A stretch of 64,000 bases of DNA from Ostreococcus lucimarinus (Eukaryota), in assembly GCA_000092065.1 (NCBI GenBank), contig CP000601.1; one strand, 5' to 3'. The notes under the pieces are model-generated. The model searched no databases. It had not been told where the DNA came from and saw only the letters and a program-made list of their open reading frames with translations. Position numbers and translations under genes: made by a program. Shown piece after piece: positions 11,401 through 19,984 of the stretch (position 1 is the first letter of the stretch; every line of letters begins with the position of its first letter).

Positions 11401-11891
11401 CCAAAATGAAACTAGGCTCGTACGCGGGAGGCCCCGTGCGCGGCGACTCGGTGAACTCGCGAGACGCGTGGTCGCTCGGACAAGGCGACGACGATGATAT
11501 CGCGGAGCTGATTCATCATCGTTATGATAACGAACGCGAGTACGACGGTGGCGCGCCTTGGGTGCGTAAGACCGGTTCAAAGATATACGGCGGCGACGCC
11601 GCGACCGCGAAGCGAGGCTCTCGCGGCACGCGCCAGCGCGACGGCGGACATTACGGCGTACCAGTGGTCGATGTTCGCGCTTTGGGGGTTGGAAGCGACT
11701 ACAATCACGTCGAAAACAACGCGTTCGGGCACTCCGACGCGTTCGTCGCGGATGATCATGAGTGGGACTCCGCCTCCGACGCCGACACGCTCGACGACGA
11801 CGCGTCGACGCAGCGAAGTCAATCCTTTAGCGATTACGAGAACGATGATCAACGATTCGACGGCGCCAGGCGACCGGCATGGCTCGACTAG
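8439..11891 (+). CDS. OSCA: OSCA/CSC1/TMEM63-family hyperosmolality-gated cation channel (RSN1_TM, PHM7_cyt, DUF221 architecture)
   Basis: True ATG is at 8439; the track M at 8421 is a GTG. TM0 is followed by a cytosolic RRM-like domain (TVLVTGLPSD..EEVRCFFALRFGTVADVVLV ... CSAFITFETEGSKIDCI) and then multiple TM helices (YNWLWVSFCITLMNVLLEWIVPLL.., FFAIMMSVTIRILARVL). Has a long low-complexity C-terminal tail. No intron seen. Confidence 0.85.
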   Translation: MDTNWTPATPARARADARIASDKVLSTKAFEDARVKDHRDVERERGVYLPPSAEEAATHADSAQPRLLSEDGKLEKLKYFDSEVDLGLEFGAGVSGYFFVLRAFACLFFAAFALNLPAMFINYTSTYYASHYEAEPETATAPTADALSGRPTTSFHSWFVDWHWANPMSASLGTVAPDDVPQRAWVLAGTTSGVLRWSSSKIDFIRFSVVMDVVVSLIIILSVPVIMLVLMRTERRVERGTATLKDYTVLVTGLPSDATDEEVRCFFALRFGTVADVVLVKTECMQINAQRRRRRLLEDYDEAEAALIAAGNRGGDGTKTAIENEILAVDRKLKRRRARTRAKQCSAFITFETEGSKIDCILRNTRSIMSYIFAFPRKERFRGKRKYRVRDAPEPEDVRFENLNLSNRSWRRLVVLFSCSAVVLLCYGFLKMLVDDKEKLWENADMMVTTLADDVGIVVAHGNPVEQFETHKNQFRTACRARLDQCGVAFSKDKTYVGMPWGAPIYAFYDYPNATLLDRRYAQQDAVRDLTNCAQDTNRCPGGPTMQNCHACYCASLKYGLTSEVVRAYNKAIRHSCAKYVNLGPGEYYNWLWVSFCITLMNVLLEWIVPLLVAAERLRTRSATKVLKTKIIFWVRYLNVAVIYGLLNANFYHIGRYFPLIKQMFGLKGEYADFTSEWFNDVGLVLFFAIMMSVTIRILARVLVDIITHVGRKFSVAYCHTQAKLNKAFEGPSFDTGAKCGDVCFTIMAAMTFSSGMPLIYLVLSMYFVLVYLYDYRLLLKVCKLPERSKSTLPMTAAKVLFISVSIHALIGLWMFSYHWTPDLAKPTKDFEHSSKNNAPPLAYEIGGEILNPPHDNGALTAIVQSTGVATTYFHQYRDATVGALSAGDFVAPPPRVQLRFAERPFSEAGMPFMGMFFALLGVMGLWQIAVAWHNWGKSRRDIARSWKNLPQYHEAIMTGLIVGSETYRPEYQPDYAFLFDKSTVAAAKMKLGSYAGGPVRGDSVNSRDAWSLGQGDDDDIAELIHHRYDNEREYDGGAPWVRKTGSKIYGGDAATAKRGSRGTRQRDGGHYGVPVVDVRALGVGSDYNHVENNAFGHSDAFVADDHEWDSASDADTLDDDASTQRSQSFSDYENDDQRFDGARRPAWLD

Positions 11892-12226
11892 GACGAAACG
11901 TACAGTGTAAGAAAACATAGCGTATTCATAGCGACAATCATAAAACGTGGTCACACTACAAACGCGGTCTGTTCGCGCTCCCTCGCCGGCGCCGCGTAAA
12001 AAACTAAACAACATCACGATTCACCATCAACGCGCGCGCGTCATCGGAGCACGAACTTCGAACACTCACTATGAAGTCGATTTCGTTCGATGCCCGTCAC
12101 GTGCGCGCGCGCCGCGGCGTCGTTTCGTCGTTTCTTCGTTCGCTCGCGCGTCCCGAAGGCCACGTCACTTTAGATAACGTAACCTTTCGCGCTCACCGCG
12201 CGCTCGAACCGAGCTTCGCCGTCCCG

Positions 12227-12382
12227 TCACTTCCCCCCGGGGAAGCGCTGCGGCGTCTTCTTCTTTTGCTCCGGTCGCTTCGTCTTATTCGCCGCCTTGT
12301 TCGCGCCGGAGTCGCGCTCAGCCTTGATGAAGCTCCACACGCCGGTGCCTTGCAGCTTATCGGTCGCGCCGACGGCGTACAT
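12227..12382 (-). CDS. Possible small unannotated ORF (51 aa) with strong core-genome codon bias
   Basis: Minus-strand ATG (reverse complement of 12380-12382) to TGA (reverse complement of 12227-12229): MYAVGATDKLQGTGVWSFIKAERDSGANKAANKTKRPEQKKKTPQRFPGGK. Third positions are about 90% G/C, whereas the overlapping plus-frame ORF 12071-12622 has mixed third positions. I see no homolog, and there is no AG acceptor upstream of the ATG. Confidence 0.2.
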   Translation of the reverse strand: MYAVGATDKLQGTGVWSFIKAERDSGANKAANKTKRPEQKKKTPQRFPGGK

Positions 12383-12509
12383 CGCGCCGTCGGCGGCCGT
12401 TTTGATGGTTCAGAAGATGGGCATGACGCGTTCGCGACGTTCGAGCGGGCGCGTAAGTCGACGCTTTTGCGCGACGTCGTGTGCGGCGACGCCGTCGCCG
12501 TCGCCGTCG

Positions 12510-12595
12510 CCGTCGCCGCGGCGCCGCGAAGACGAAGACGAAGACGACGACGAAGACGACGACGAAGACGAAACGAAACGAAACGAAACGAAACA
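12510..12595. repeat. Compound microsatellite (GAAGAC)n/(GACGAC)n/(GAAAC)5 in the convergent 3' regions of the OSCA and FKBP genes
   Basis: Directly visible: gaagacgaagacgaagacgacgacgaagacgacgacgaagacgaaacgaaacgaaacgaaacgaaacag. It produces the low-complexity poly-R/S/D ORFs seen in all frames here. Confidence 0.8.
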
Positions 12596-12659
12596 GATGA
12601 ACAAAAGTATTCAAAACGCTAACCGTCACCAGCGCGACCGACGCGCGACGACGTCGGCC

Positions 12660-13187
12660 TCACGCGACGGCGACGAGCTCGACGTCGAAGTACAGCGTCG
12701 CGTTCGGCGGTATCGCCCCTCCCGCGCCTCGCGCCCCGTACCCGAGCTCCGGCGGGATCACCAACCGTCGCTTCCCTCCCACGCGCATCGCGGGTATCGC
12801 GTCGCCGTCGCCGCAGATCCCGAGTCCCCAGCCCTGAATCACCTGCGACGGTTTAAACTGCAGCGGCGCGCCGCGCTCGTAGCTCGAGTCGAACGCGCGT
12901 CCGCTCTCCAACCGCCCGACGTAGTGCGCCTTGATGACGCTCGACGCCGTCGGCGTCGCGCCGTCGCCGACGACGGCGTCGCAGAACGCCAGCCCGCGCG
13001 CGCCGACGACGAGTTCGTTCGCGCACTCGAGCGTCGGCAGGCCGCGCGCGCGCGCGCCGCGCGGCGCGAGCGCGACCGCGAGCGCGCCCGCGGCGACCGC
13101 GGCGCGGCGCGACGCGATGGACGCGTCCGCGTCCGGCGCGCGCGCGGCGGCGACGACGGCGGCGCGCGAGAGCGTCGACGCGAACAT
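12660..13187 (-). CDS. FKBP: FKBP-type peptidyl-prolyl cis-trans isomerase with an N-terminal targeting sequence (organellar/lumenal type)
   Basis: MFASTLSRAAVVAAARAP.. presequence, then a canonical FKBP domain: VIKAHYVGRLESGRAFDSSYERGAPLQFKPSQVIQGWGLGICGDGDAIPAMRVGGKRRLVIPPELGYGARGAGGAIPPNATLYFDVELV. ATG is the reverse complement of 13185-13187. The 424-aa track ORF is an upstream GC-rich extension. Confidence 0.8.
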   Translation of the reverse strand: MFASTLSRAAVVAAARAPDADASIASRRAAVAAGALAVALAPRGARARGLPTLECANELVVGARGLAFCDAVVGDGATPTASSVIKAHYVGRLESGRAFDSSYERGAPLQFKPSQVIQGWGLGICGDGDAIPAMRVGGKRRLVIPPELGYGARGAGGAIPPNATLYFDVELVAVA

Positions 13188-13391
13188 TTTTGCGAACGAT
13201 TGGTGTTGCGCGCGCGAGTGACGCGACGAACGCGACTCGGCGACGCGCGACTTCGCGACGGCCGCGACGCGACGCGCGAGGACGCGACGGCGACGGACGG
13301 GACGCGCGCGGGACGCGCGCGGCGCGAGCGGGCGCGCGCGAGGGCTCGATCGGGCGAATCGACGAGGGCGCAACACCCTCGGGGACGCGCG

Positions 13392-14423
13392 ATGGCGTCG
13401 CTCGTGCGCGCGATGGTGAACGGCACCGCGGTGGTGAACGCGACGAAGGTGCAAGAGCTGCTGAACGACGTGGACGCGGCGATGGACTGGAAGAACGACC
13501 CGCTGAGGTACCTGTGGGCGACGGCGAGCGCGGTGTCGACGTTCATGTGGTTCGGGTTCGCGGGCGATAACTTGCAGTACTATCGCATGAACGGTGGGTT
13601 GGCGTACGCGGGCGGGGCGACGAATCGAAGCGTGTGGGCGGAGTCGTTCGGGAAGTCTGGGGTGTTTTTGTTGGCGTATCGAGCGTGCGCGACGGCGGCG
13701 TGCGCGTACTACGAAGTGCGAGAGAAAATCGCGCCGCGATTGACGGTGAACGCGGAGACGGAGATGTATGGGTTGGACATGTCGTACTTTTTGAATCTGC
13801 ACGATTGGACCGTGCACTCGGTGACGCTGTTTTTCTTTTTCGCGACGCTGGCGTCGCTCGCGGGGATGTGTTCGAGAACGGCGACGCACGATCACTACCT
13901 CGGCCACAGCGGGCGGTGTAACACGTTGGGACACTGGGTTATGGCGCTGTACACCATCGCTTTCACGATGAGCGTTTCATTTCTCGTCATCGTGCTCTTT
14001 GAGGCGGCGTTCGCCCCGCAGTGCGTGCCGTCGAGCGCGAGAGGGAAGTTGACGACGTTTCTCGATCCCGCCTCGCGCCTGTGTTACCTCGAGCCGCAAT
14101 ACATGATAGGGTACTTGGGCAACGTCTTGTTGTTGCTCATCGAGGCCTCTCTCGGGCGATTGGTGTTCCCAAAGTGCTACATGTCGCAGCCGATCTTTTA
14201 CGCCAGCACGTTTTTCATCATCGGTCAGTTCAACGTCATGGTGCTGAACGGCGACTGGGCGTACCAGTGGACGAATTATTGGCGTCGAGAAACCGTGGTG
14301 TACCTGAACGCGTTCTTGTGTCTCGTCATGTTCACTCACTTGGTGTTGGTGAAGTTTTTACGCGCGAATTCGAATTCGAAGCTGGCGAAAAACGTCGAGG
14401 AGCGCGTTCCCTTGTTCATGTAA
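13392..14423 (+). CDS. Hypothetical polytopic membrane protein (343 aa, about 7 predicted TM helices), no recognised family
   Basis: ATG at 13392 (MASLVRAMVNGTAVVNATK..). Hydrophobic segments include STFMWFGFAG, VFLLAYRACATAACAYY, VTLFFFFATLASLAGM, VMALYTIAFTMSVSFLVIVLF, YMIGYLGNVLLLLIEASL, IFYASTFFIIGQFNVMVL, VVYLNAFLCLVMFTHLVLV. G-ending codon bias. Head-to-head with the FKBP gene, 204 bp between the two ATGs. The 5' third of the track ORF 12297-14423 is non-coding low complexity. Confidence 0.55.
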   Translation: MASLVRAMVNGTAVVNATKVQELLNDVDAAMDWKNDPLRYLWATASAVSTFMWFGFAGDNLQYYRMNGGLAYAGGATNRSVWAESFGKSGVFLLAYRACATAACAYYEVREKIAPRLTVNAETEMYGLDMSYFLNLHDWTVHSVTLFFFFATLASLAGMCSRTATHDHYLGHSGRCNTLGHWVMALYTIAFTMSVSFLVIVLFEAAFAPQCVPSSARGKLTTFLDPASRLCYLEPQYMIGYLGNVLLLLIEASLGRLVFPKCYMSQPIFYASTFFIIGQFNVMVLNGDWAYQWTNYWRRETVVYLNAFLCLVMFTHLVLVKFLRANSNSKLAKNVEERVPLFM

Positions 14424-14532
14424 ACCCGTAGCAGTCCCGTAGTCTAGTAGCGTGTCGACGACGTCATATTTCAACATTTACATCTACCCCGTTCGATCGA
14501 TCCCGCTCGTCGCTCGGGCAATACTACTACGC

Positions 14533-15216
14533 TCAGTCGCGCTTGCTCTTCGCCGCACCCAAAACCTTCTTGCGTTGGCCGAGCATGTACCCGTACAACA
14601 TCGGAAAGCCCGGCGCGTATCCCGCGAAGAACATGAGCATCGCCGTCGGCAAATGAAACGCAAAGTTCACCGCATTCGGCATCTCGTACGCCAACGGGTT
14701 CGTTTTTACCAAATATTTGAACCCGCTGTACGCCAGAAACAGCTCAGAGCTCACGCCTAGCGGGTACAGCACGATGAACAACGTGTATCGACACCACGTC
14801 ACCGCCCTCGGCACGTCGCCCCGAACGAGCTTAAAAAAGTAAAAGCTATACCGCACGACCTCGGTGACGCCCCAGGCGAGCATGAGCGACGGTACGCCGA
14901 TTTTCAGCGGTCCGACGACGTCCAGACTCGCCGTGCGCGAGACCGGGGCGAGATGTAAGACGCCCCAGACGACCATCAACCTGCTGCTCACCTGCATCGC
15001 GGTGACGAGCACGGGCGATCGCGCGATCCCGCACGCGGCGTGCGCGATCTCGAGCACGGCGGCGGTCTGTGCGAGCGCGAGCGGGCGCTCGACGGCGGCG
15101 TAGACGGCGGAGGGGCCGGCGGTGCGGAGCGCGGCGAAGGCGAGGATGAGGACGTAGGACCAGCCGGCGACGAGCGCGGCGTTGTACGACGCGAGGTACG
15201 TCTTCGCGAGGGACAT
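14533..15216 (-). CDS. PAS2: Very-long-chain (3R)-3-hydroxyacyl-CoA dehydratase (PTPLA/HACD/PASTICCINO2 family)
   Basis: MSLAKTYLASYNAALVAGWSYVLILAF.. VLEIAHAACGIARSPVLVTAMQVSSRLMVVWGVLH.. AWGVTEVVRYSFYFF.. CRYTLFIVLYPLGVSSE. The conserved PTPLA blocks are present. ATG is the reverse complement of 15214-15216. Confidence 0.85.
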   Translation of the reverse strand: MSLAKTYLASYNAALVAGWSYVLILAFAALRTAGPSAVYAAVERPLALAQTAAVLEIAHAACGIARSPVLVTAMQVSSRLMVVWGVLHLAPVSRTASLDVVGPLKIGVPSLMLAWGVTEVVRYSFYFFKLVRGDVPRAVTWCRYTLFIVLYPLGVSSELFLAYSGFKYLVKTNPLAYEMPNAVNFAFHLPTAMLMFFAGYAPGFPMLYGYMLGQRKKVLGAAKSKRD

Positions 15217-15322
15217 CGCCGTGGAGAGATCGTGCGTTGAGTTGCGTGCGTTATTTACGGCGACCGACGACGGGACGTCGCGAGCGGCGAAGTGAGGCTA
15301 CGGGCGCGGCGAAGGGCGACGC

Positions 15323-16771
15323 TCAGTCGGCGACGACGCCCTCGAGAGCGCGCGGGATCGATTGATTCGACGCGCGTAAGACGTGCGCGAGCTCTCGCGC
15401 GTGCTTGCCGTCGCGCAAGATAGAGAAGAACGTGTGCGATTTGCCTTTGCGTCCGGCGCGACCGGTGCGACCGATTCTGTGGACGTATTCCTCGACGCTC
15501 TTCGGAAAGTCGTGGTTGACGACGAGCTTCACGCCGACGACGTCCAAGCCGCGACTGGCAACGTCGGTGCTGATCATGATCGGCGATCGCGCGGCGCGAA
15601 ATTCTTCGAGGACCCAGTCGCGCTCTTTCTGTTCTTTGTCGCCGTGCAAGCCGAGCGCGGGCCAACCCTCCGAACGGAGTCGACGCGTCAGCTGGTCCAC
15701 GAGCGCCTTGGTCTCGACGAAGACCAAGATCGAGCTCCCGTCCATCTCTTCTTCTAAAATATCCATGAGTTTAGCGTACTTTGCCTCCGCGTCTTCGACT
15801 ATGTGCACGATTTGTTCGACGTTTTTCGATGCGAGCAAACCGTCGCCCGCGCCGCCGACGCGCATCTCCACCGGGTCGTTGCGAATAAACTCTCTCGCCA
15901 CTTCTCGCACCTCCACCGGCCACGTCGCGGTGAACAGGAGCGTTTGGCGATCGCAGCGCGTTTGAGCGATGATTCGACGAATCTGCGGCTCGAAACCCAT
16001 GTCGAGCATTCGATCTGCCTCGTCTAGGACGACGAACGACGTTCGTCGCAAATTCGTCTGCCCGCCGTCCAAAAAATCAATCAGGCGGCCCGGCGTCGCG
16101 ACGCAAATCTCGCTCCCTCCTGATTTCAACGCTTTTATTTGCGGACCTTTTGGGACGCCACCGGTAACGCACGCGTGCTTGATCTCGCTCGACGCCGCGA
16201 ATTTGGCGACCTCGAGTTCGATTTGACTCGCCAACTCTCGAGTCGGCGCGAGCACCAACGCGATCGGCCCCTCCCCCTTCTCCAGCACCGGCTGCGCGTT
16301 CACGTGCACGATCGCGGGTAACACGTACGCCAACGTCTTTCCAGACCCCGTCTCCGCGACCGCGATCAAGTCTCGTCCGCTCAGCGCGATCGGCCACGCC
16401 TGGCACTGACACGGCGTCGGCGTCGCCAAACCGCGCTCCTTCAAATCGTCCATCACGTACGCCGGGAACGACGCCTCCTCGAACGTCGTCACGATTTTGG
16501 GCACATCTGCCCCTCGCACCACGCGCACGCCGCGCGCTCGCATCGCGTCTTCCGTCGCTCTCGCGCTTCGCGCCGTCGTCGACGGGTGCTCAAAGTACAA
16601 ATTCTTCGAAAACACCTCCCCATCCCTCACCGTCGCGCTCGTTGACGCGTCTGCGTCGCCCGCGCGGCGCACGGCATCCATGGCGATCTCCGTTCGCGCG
16701 TCTTCGCGCGCGCGCTTGGCGCTTTCGTACGTTTCTCGAGTCGTCCCCGTCGCGGACGAGTTTTCCACCAT
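15323..16771 (-). CDS. DEAD-box ATP-dependent RNA helicase (DDX5/DDX17/Dbp2-like)
   Basis: All helicase motifs are present: Q-motif region FEEASFPAYVMDDLKERGLATPTPCQCQAWP, motif I AETGSGKT, PTRELA, TPGRL, DEAD (VLDEADRMLDMGF), SAT (FTATWP), HGD..ERD, RGLD, HRIGRTGRAG. ATG is the reverse complement of 16769-16771. Confidence 0.9.
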   Translation of the reverse strand: MVENSSATGTTRETYESAKRAREDARTEIAMDAVRRAGDADASTSATVRDGEVFSKNLYFEHPSTTARSARATEDAMRARGVRVVRGADVPKIVTTFEEASFPAYVMDDLKERGLATPTPCQCQAWPIALSGRDLIAVAETGSGKTLAYVLPAIVHVNAQPVLEKGEGPIALVLAPTRELASQIELEVAKFAASSEIKHACVTGGVPKGPQIKALKSGGSEICVATPGRLIDFLDGGQTNLRRTSFVVLDEADRMLDMGFEPQIRRIIAQTRCDRQTLLFTATWPVEVREVAREFIRNDPVEMRVGGAGDGLLASKNVEQIVHIVEDAEAKYAKLMDILEEEMDGSSILVFVETKALVDQLTRRLRSEGWPALGLHGDKEQKERDWVLEEFRAARSPIMISTDVASRGLDVVGVKLVVNHDFPKSVEEYVHRIGRTGRAGRKGKSHTFFSILRDGKHARELAHVLRASNQSIPRALEGVVAD

Positions 16772-17044
16772 CGACGTTTCGCCGTCTTTCGCGCGCGTCG
16801 CGCGGCGATTCCGCGCGCCGACGCCGCGCGCGCCCGTTATAAAGCCTTCGCGACGCGCGCGCGCGCCGCGGTCGCGCTCGACGCGACGCGCGCCGCGTCG
16901 CCGCGTTTTGAAGCGCTGGAAAGTGTGCTTTTCGCTCGCAGTCGCGCTCGGCGCCGCACAGCGCGACGACGACGCGCGCCCGGACGCTCGCGCGCGCCGC
17001 GACGAATCCCCGAGACGACGCCCGAGCGAGCGTCGGCGCCGACG

Positions 17045-19807
17045 ATGCGATCGAGCGCGCGAGGCGTCGCGAGCGCGGCGTTTCGAGCGCTGACGTCACG
17101 ACCGAAACCATCGAACGCGACGTCGCGAACGAGCGCGGTGAAGCCGCGCGCGATGACGACGGCGACGGAGACGCCGACGGAGGCGCCGAAGACGATATAT
17201 CTGAAGGATTACGAGCGACCGGCGTACGCGTTCGAAAGGGTGAATTTGGACTTTGAGCTCGGGGAGGCGACGACGACGGTGACGTCGACGATTCGAGTTC
17301 GACCGGCGAACGATGCGAATGGGAAATCGTTGTTCCTGAACGGCGATGAATCGGTGGAGTTGGCGGCGATCGAGGTGGACGGCGCGAAATTCACGACGTA
17401 CGAACGGACGGGGAAGGGGATCACGCTGCGCGCGCTGCCGACGGAGGCGTTTGATTTGCGAGTGACGACGACGATTAAGCCGCAAGAGAACACCGCGCTC
17501 GAGGGACTTTATAAGTCGTCTGGGAACTTTTGCACGCAATGCGAGGCGGAAGGTTTCCGACGAATCACGTTTTATCAAGATAGACCGGATGTGATGTCGA
17601 TATTCACGACGCGCATCACGGCGGATAAGACGAAGTATCCGGTGCTGCTCGGCAACGGAAACTTGGTGGATTCTGGAGATTTGGAGGGTGGTAAGCACTT
17701 CACCGTGTGGGAAGATCCGTGGGCAAAACCGTGTTACCTTTTCGCGCTCGTCGCGGGTGATCTCGGGATGGTGGAGGATAAATTCAAGACGATGACGGGC
17801 AAAGAAGTGACGCTTCGCATCTTCACCGAGACGCACAACTTGGACAAGTGCGCGCACGCGATGACGAGCTTGATCAAATCCATGAAATGGGACGAAGACA
17901 CGTATGGTTTGGAGTACGACTTGGAGCTTTTCAACATCGTCGCCGTGGACGATTTCAACATGGGCGCCATGGAGAACAAGTCGCTGAACATTTTCAACTC
18001 GCGTCTCGTGTTGGCGACGCCGCAGAGCGCCACGGATGCCGATTACGCCGCCATTGAAGGTGTCGTGGCGCACGAATACTTTCACAACTACACTGGAAAC
18101 CGTGTGACGTGTCGTGATTGGTTCCAACTGTCCCTCAAGGAAGGGCTGACTGTGTACAGAGACCAAGAGTTCAGCGCGGATATGAACTCGCGAGGCGTCA
18201 AGCGCATCGGCGACGTCTCGCGCCTTCGCATGGCGCAATTCGCCCAAGACGCGGGTCCGATGGCGCACCCGATTCGCCCGGAATCGTACATTAAGATGGA
18301 TAACTTTTACACCGTGACAGTTTACGAAAAGGGAGCGGAAGTCGTGCGCATGTACGAGACGCTCCTCGGCAAGGATGGGTTCCGCAAGGGGATGGATTTG
18401 TACTTTGAACGTCACGACGGTCAAGCGGTGACGACGGAGGATTTCTTCGCCGCCATGTGCGACGCCAACGGTGCGGACTTGTCCACGTTCAAGCCCTGGT
18501 ACTCCCAAGCGGGTACGCCGCGCGTCACCGCGAACGGGTCTTACGACGCCGCCGCGAAGACGTTCACCCTCGAATGCTCGCAAGTGGTTCCGAAAACGCC
18601 CGGTCAAGACTCCAAGGTTCCGGTCTTGTGCCCGATCGCCGTTGGTCTCGTTGGTCCCGACGGTGCAGACATGAACCTCACGATCGACGGCAAATCCCAC
18701 GGCACGACGGCGGTGCTTCGTTTCGATCAAGCCTCGGCGACGTACACTTTCACCGGCGTCGACGCCAAGCCCGTGCCGAGCATCTTGCGCAACTTCAGCG
18801 CGCCCGTGCGTTTGACGACCAACTTGACGCAAGACGACTTGTTGTTCCTCATGGCGAACGACTCGGACGCGTTCAACCGATGGGAGGCTGGGCAGACGCT
18901 GCTCAGAAACCTCTGCCTGGATCTGATCAAGGGCGGCGAGCAGTCATTCAAGATGAACGACGCCATCACGGCGGCGATGCGCACGATTCTTTCGGGCGCC
19001 AAGGCTGCCGACGCGGACAAGGCGTTCATCGCGCGCGCCATGATGGTGCCTTCCGAGGGCGAGCTGAGCGACATGCTCGAAGAGGGCACGGTGGATCCCG
19101 CCGCCGTGCACGCCGCTCGCGACTTTGTCATGAAGACGCTCGCCACGGAGCTTCGCGCTGAGTTGGAAGCCACGGCGCAAGCGAACAGCGCCGCGGTGTA
19201 TTCGAACGAACCCGCCGATCGCGCCGCGCGATCGCTGAAAAACGCGTGCATCGGATATTTGTCGTATTTGGACGCGCCGGAAATCGCCGCGATGACGTAC
19301 GAGCGCTACGTCGCCGCGGACAACATGACGGATAAGATTGCCGCCCTGAGCGCGCTCAGCGGCAAAGACTGCGACGAACGCATCAAAGCCATCGATGCGT
19401 TTTACGCCGAGTGGTCGCACGACCCGCTCGTCATGAACAAATGGCTCAGCATCCAAGCCGCGTCGTCGCTCCCGAACAACCTCGCCAACGTTCGCGCGCT
19501 CGCCGCCGGCTCCGCCTTCGACATCAAGAACCCCAACAAAGTGTACTCCCTCATCGGTGGTTTCTGCGCCTCTCCCACCAACTTTCACGCCATCGACGGC
19601 TCCGGTTACGAATTCCTCGCCGACATCGTCCTCGAGCTCGACGATCTCAACGGCCAAGTCGCCTCTCGCATGGTGTCCGCGTTTACGCGTTGGCGCAAAT
19701 TCGAGCCGACGCGCGCGTCGGCGATGAAGGCGCAGCTCGAGCGCATCGCCGCCAAGACGGGTCTGAGCGAAAACGTCTTCGAGATCGTCTCCAAGTCGCT
19801 CGAGTGA
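17045..19807 (+). CDS. pepN: M1-family aminopeptidase N (PepN-type) with a probable N-terminal transit peptide
   Basis: GAMEN exopeptidase motif (FNMGAMENKSLNIF) and zinc-binding HEYFHNYTGNRVTCRDWFQLSLKEGLTVYRDQEF (HEXXH-18-E). Colinear with E. coli/plant PepN over about 870 aa. The first ATG at 17045 gives the presequence MRSSARGVASAAFRALTSRPK..; an alternative start is the ATG at 17153 (MTTATETP..). The track M at 16925 is not an ATG. Confidence 0.9.
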   Translation: MRSSARGVASAAFRALTSRPKPSNATSRTSAVKPRAMTTATETPTEAPKTIYLKDYERPAYAFERVNLDFELGEATTTVTSTIRVRPANDANGKSLFLNGDESVELAAIEVDGAKFTTYERTGKGITLRALPTEAFDLRVTTTIKPQENTALEGLYKSSGNFCTQCEAEGFRRITFYQDRPDVMSIFTTRITADKTKYPVLLGNGNLVDSGDLEGGKHFTVWEDPWAKPCYLFALVAGDLGMVEDKFKTMTGKEVTLRIFTETHNLDKCAHAMTSLIKSMKWDEDTYGLEYDLELFNIVAVDDFNMGAMENKSLNIFNSRLVLATPQSATDADYAAIEGVVAHEYFHNYTGNRVTCRDWFQLSLKEGLTVYRDQEFSADMNSRGVKRIGDVSRLRMAQFAQDAGPMAHPIRPESYIKMDNFYTVTVYEKGAEVVRMYETLLGKDGFRKGMDLYFERHDGQAVTTEDFFAAMCDANGADLSTFKPWYSQAGTPRVTANGSYDAAAKTFTLECSQVVPKTPGQDSKVPVLCPIAVGLVGPDGADMNLTIDGKSHGTTAVLRFDQASATYTFTGVDAKPVPSILRNFSAPVRLTTNLTQDDLLFLMANDSDAFNRWEAGQTLLRNLCLDLIKGGEQSFKMNDAITAAMRTILSGAKAADADKAFIARAMMVPSEGELSDMLEEGTVDPAAVHAARDFVMKTLATELRAELEATAQANSAAVYSNEPADRAARSLKNACIGYLSYLDAPEIAAMTYERYVAADNMTDKIAALSALSGKDCDERIKAIDAFYAEWSHDPLVMNKWLSIQAASSLPNNLANVRALAAGSAFDIKNPNKVYSLIGGFCASPTNFHAIDGSGYEFLADIVLELDDLNGQVASRMVSAFTRWRKFEPTRASAMKAQLERIAAKTGLSENVFEIVSKSLE

Positions 19808-19984
19808 TCGCGCGACGCGCCTCGGTTTCAACGCTAAGACCGCGCATTCGTTCCTTCGCGTCTCCGTCCCTCTCGCGCGTTCGCTCGCGGCGTCGCCCGT
19901 CGTCCATCGCCGCGCCATCGCGCGCCACTCCGCGCCCCTGCCGCGCGCGCGCGGCGCGCACGGCGACGCCCGGGTCGAGCGCGC

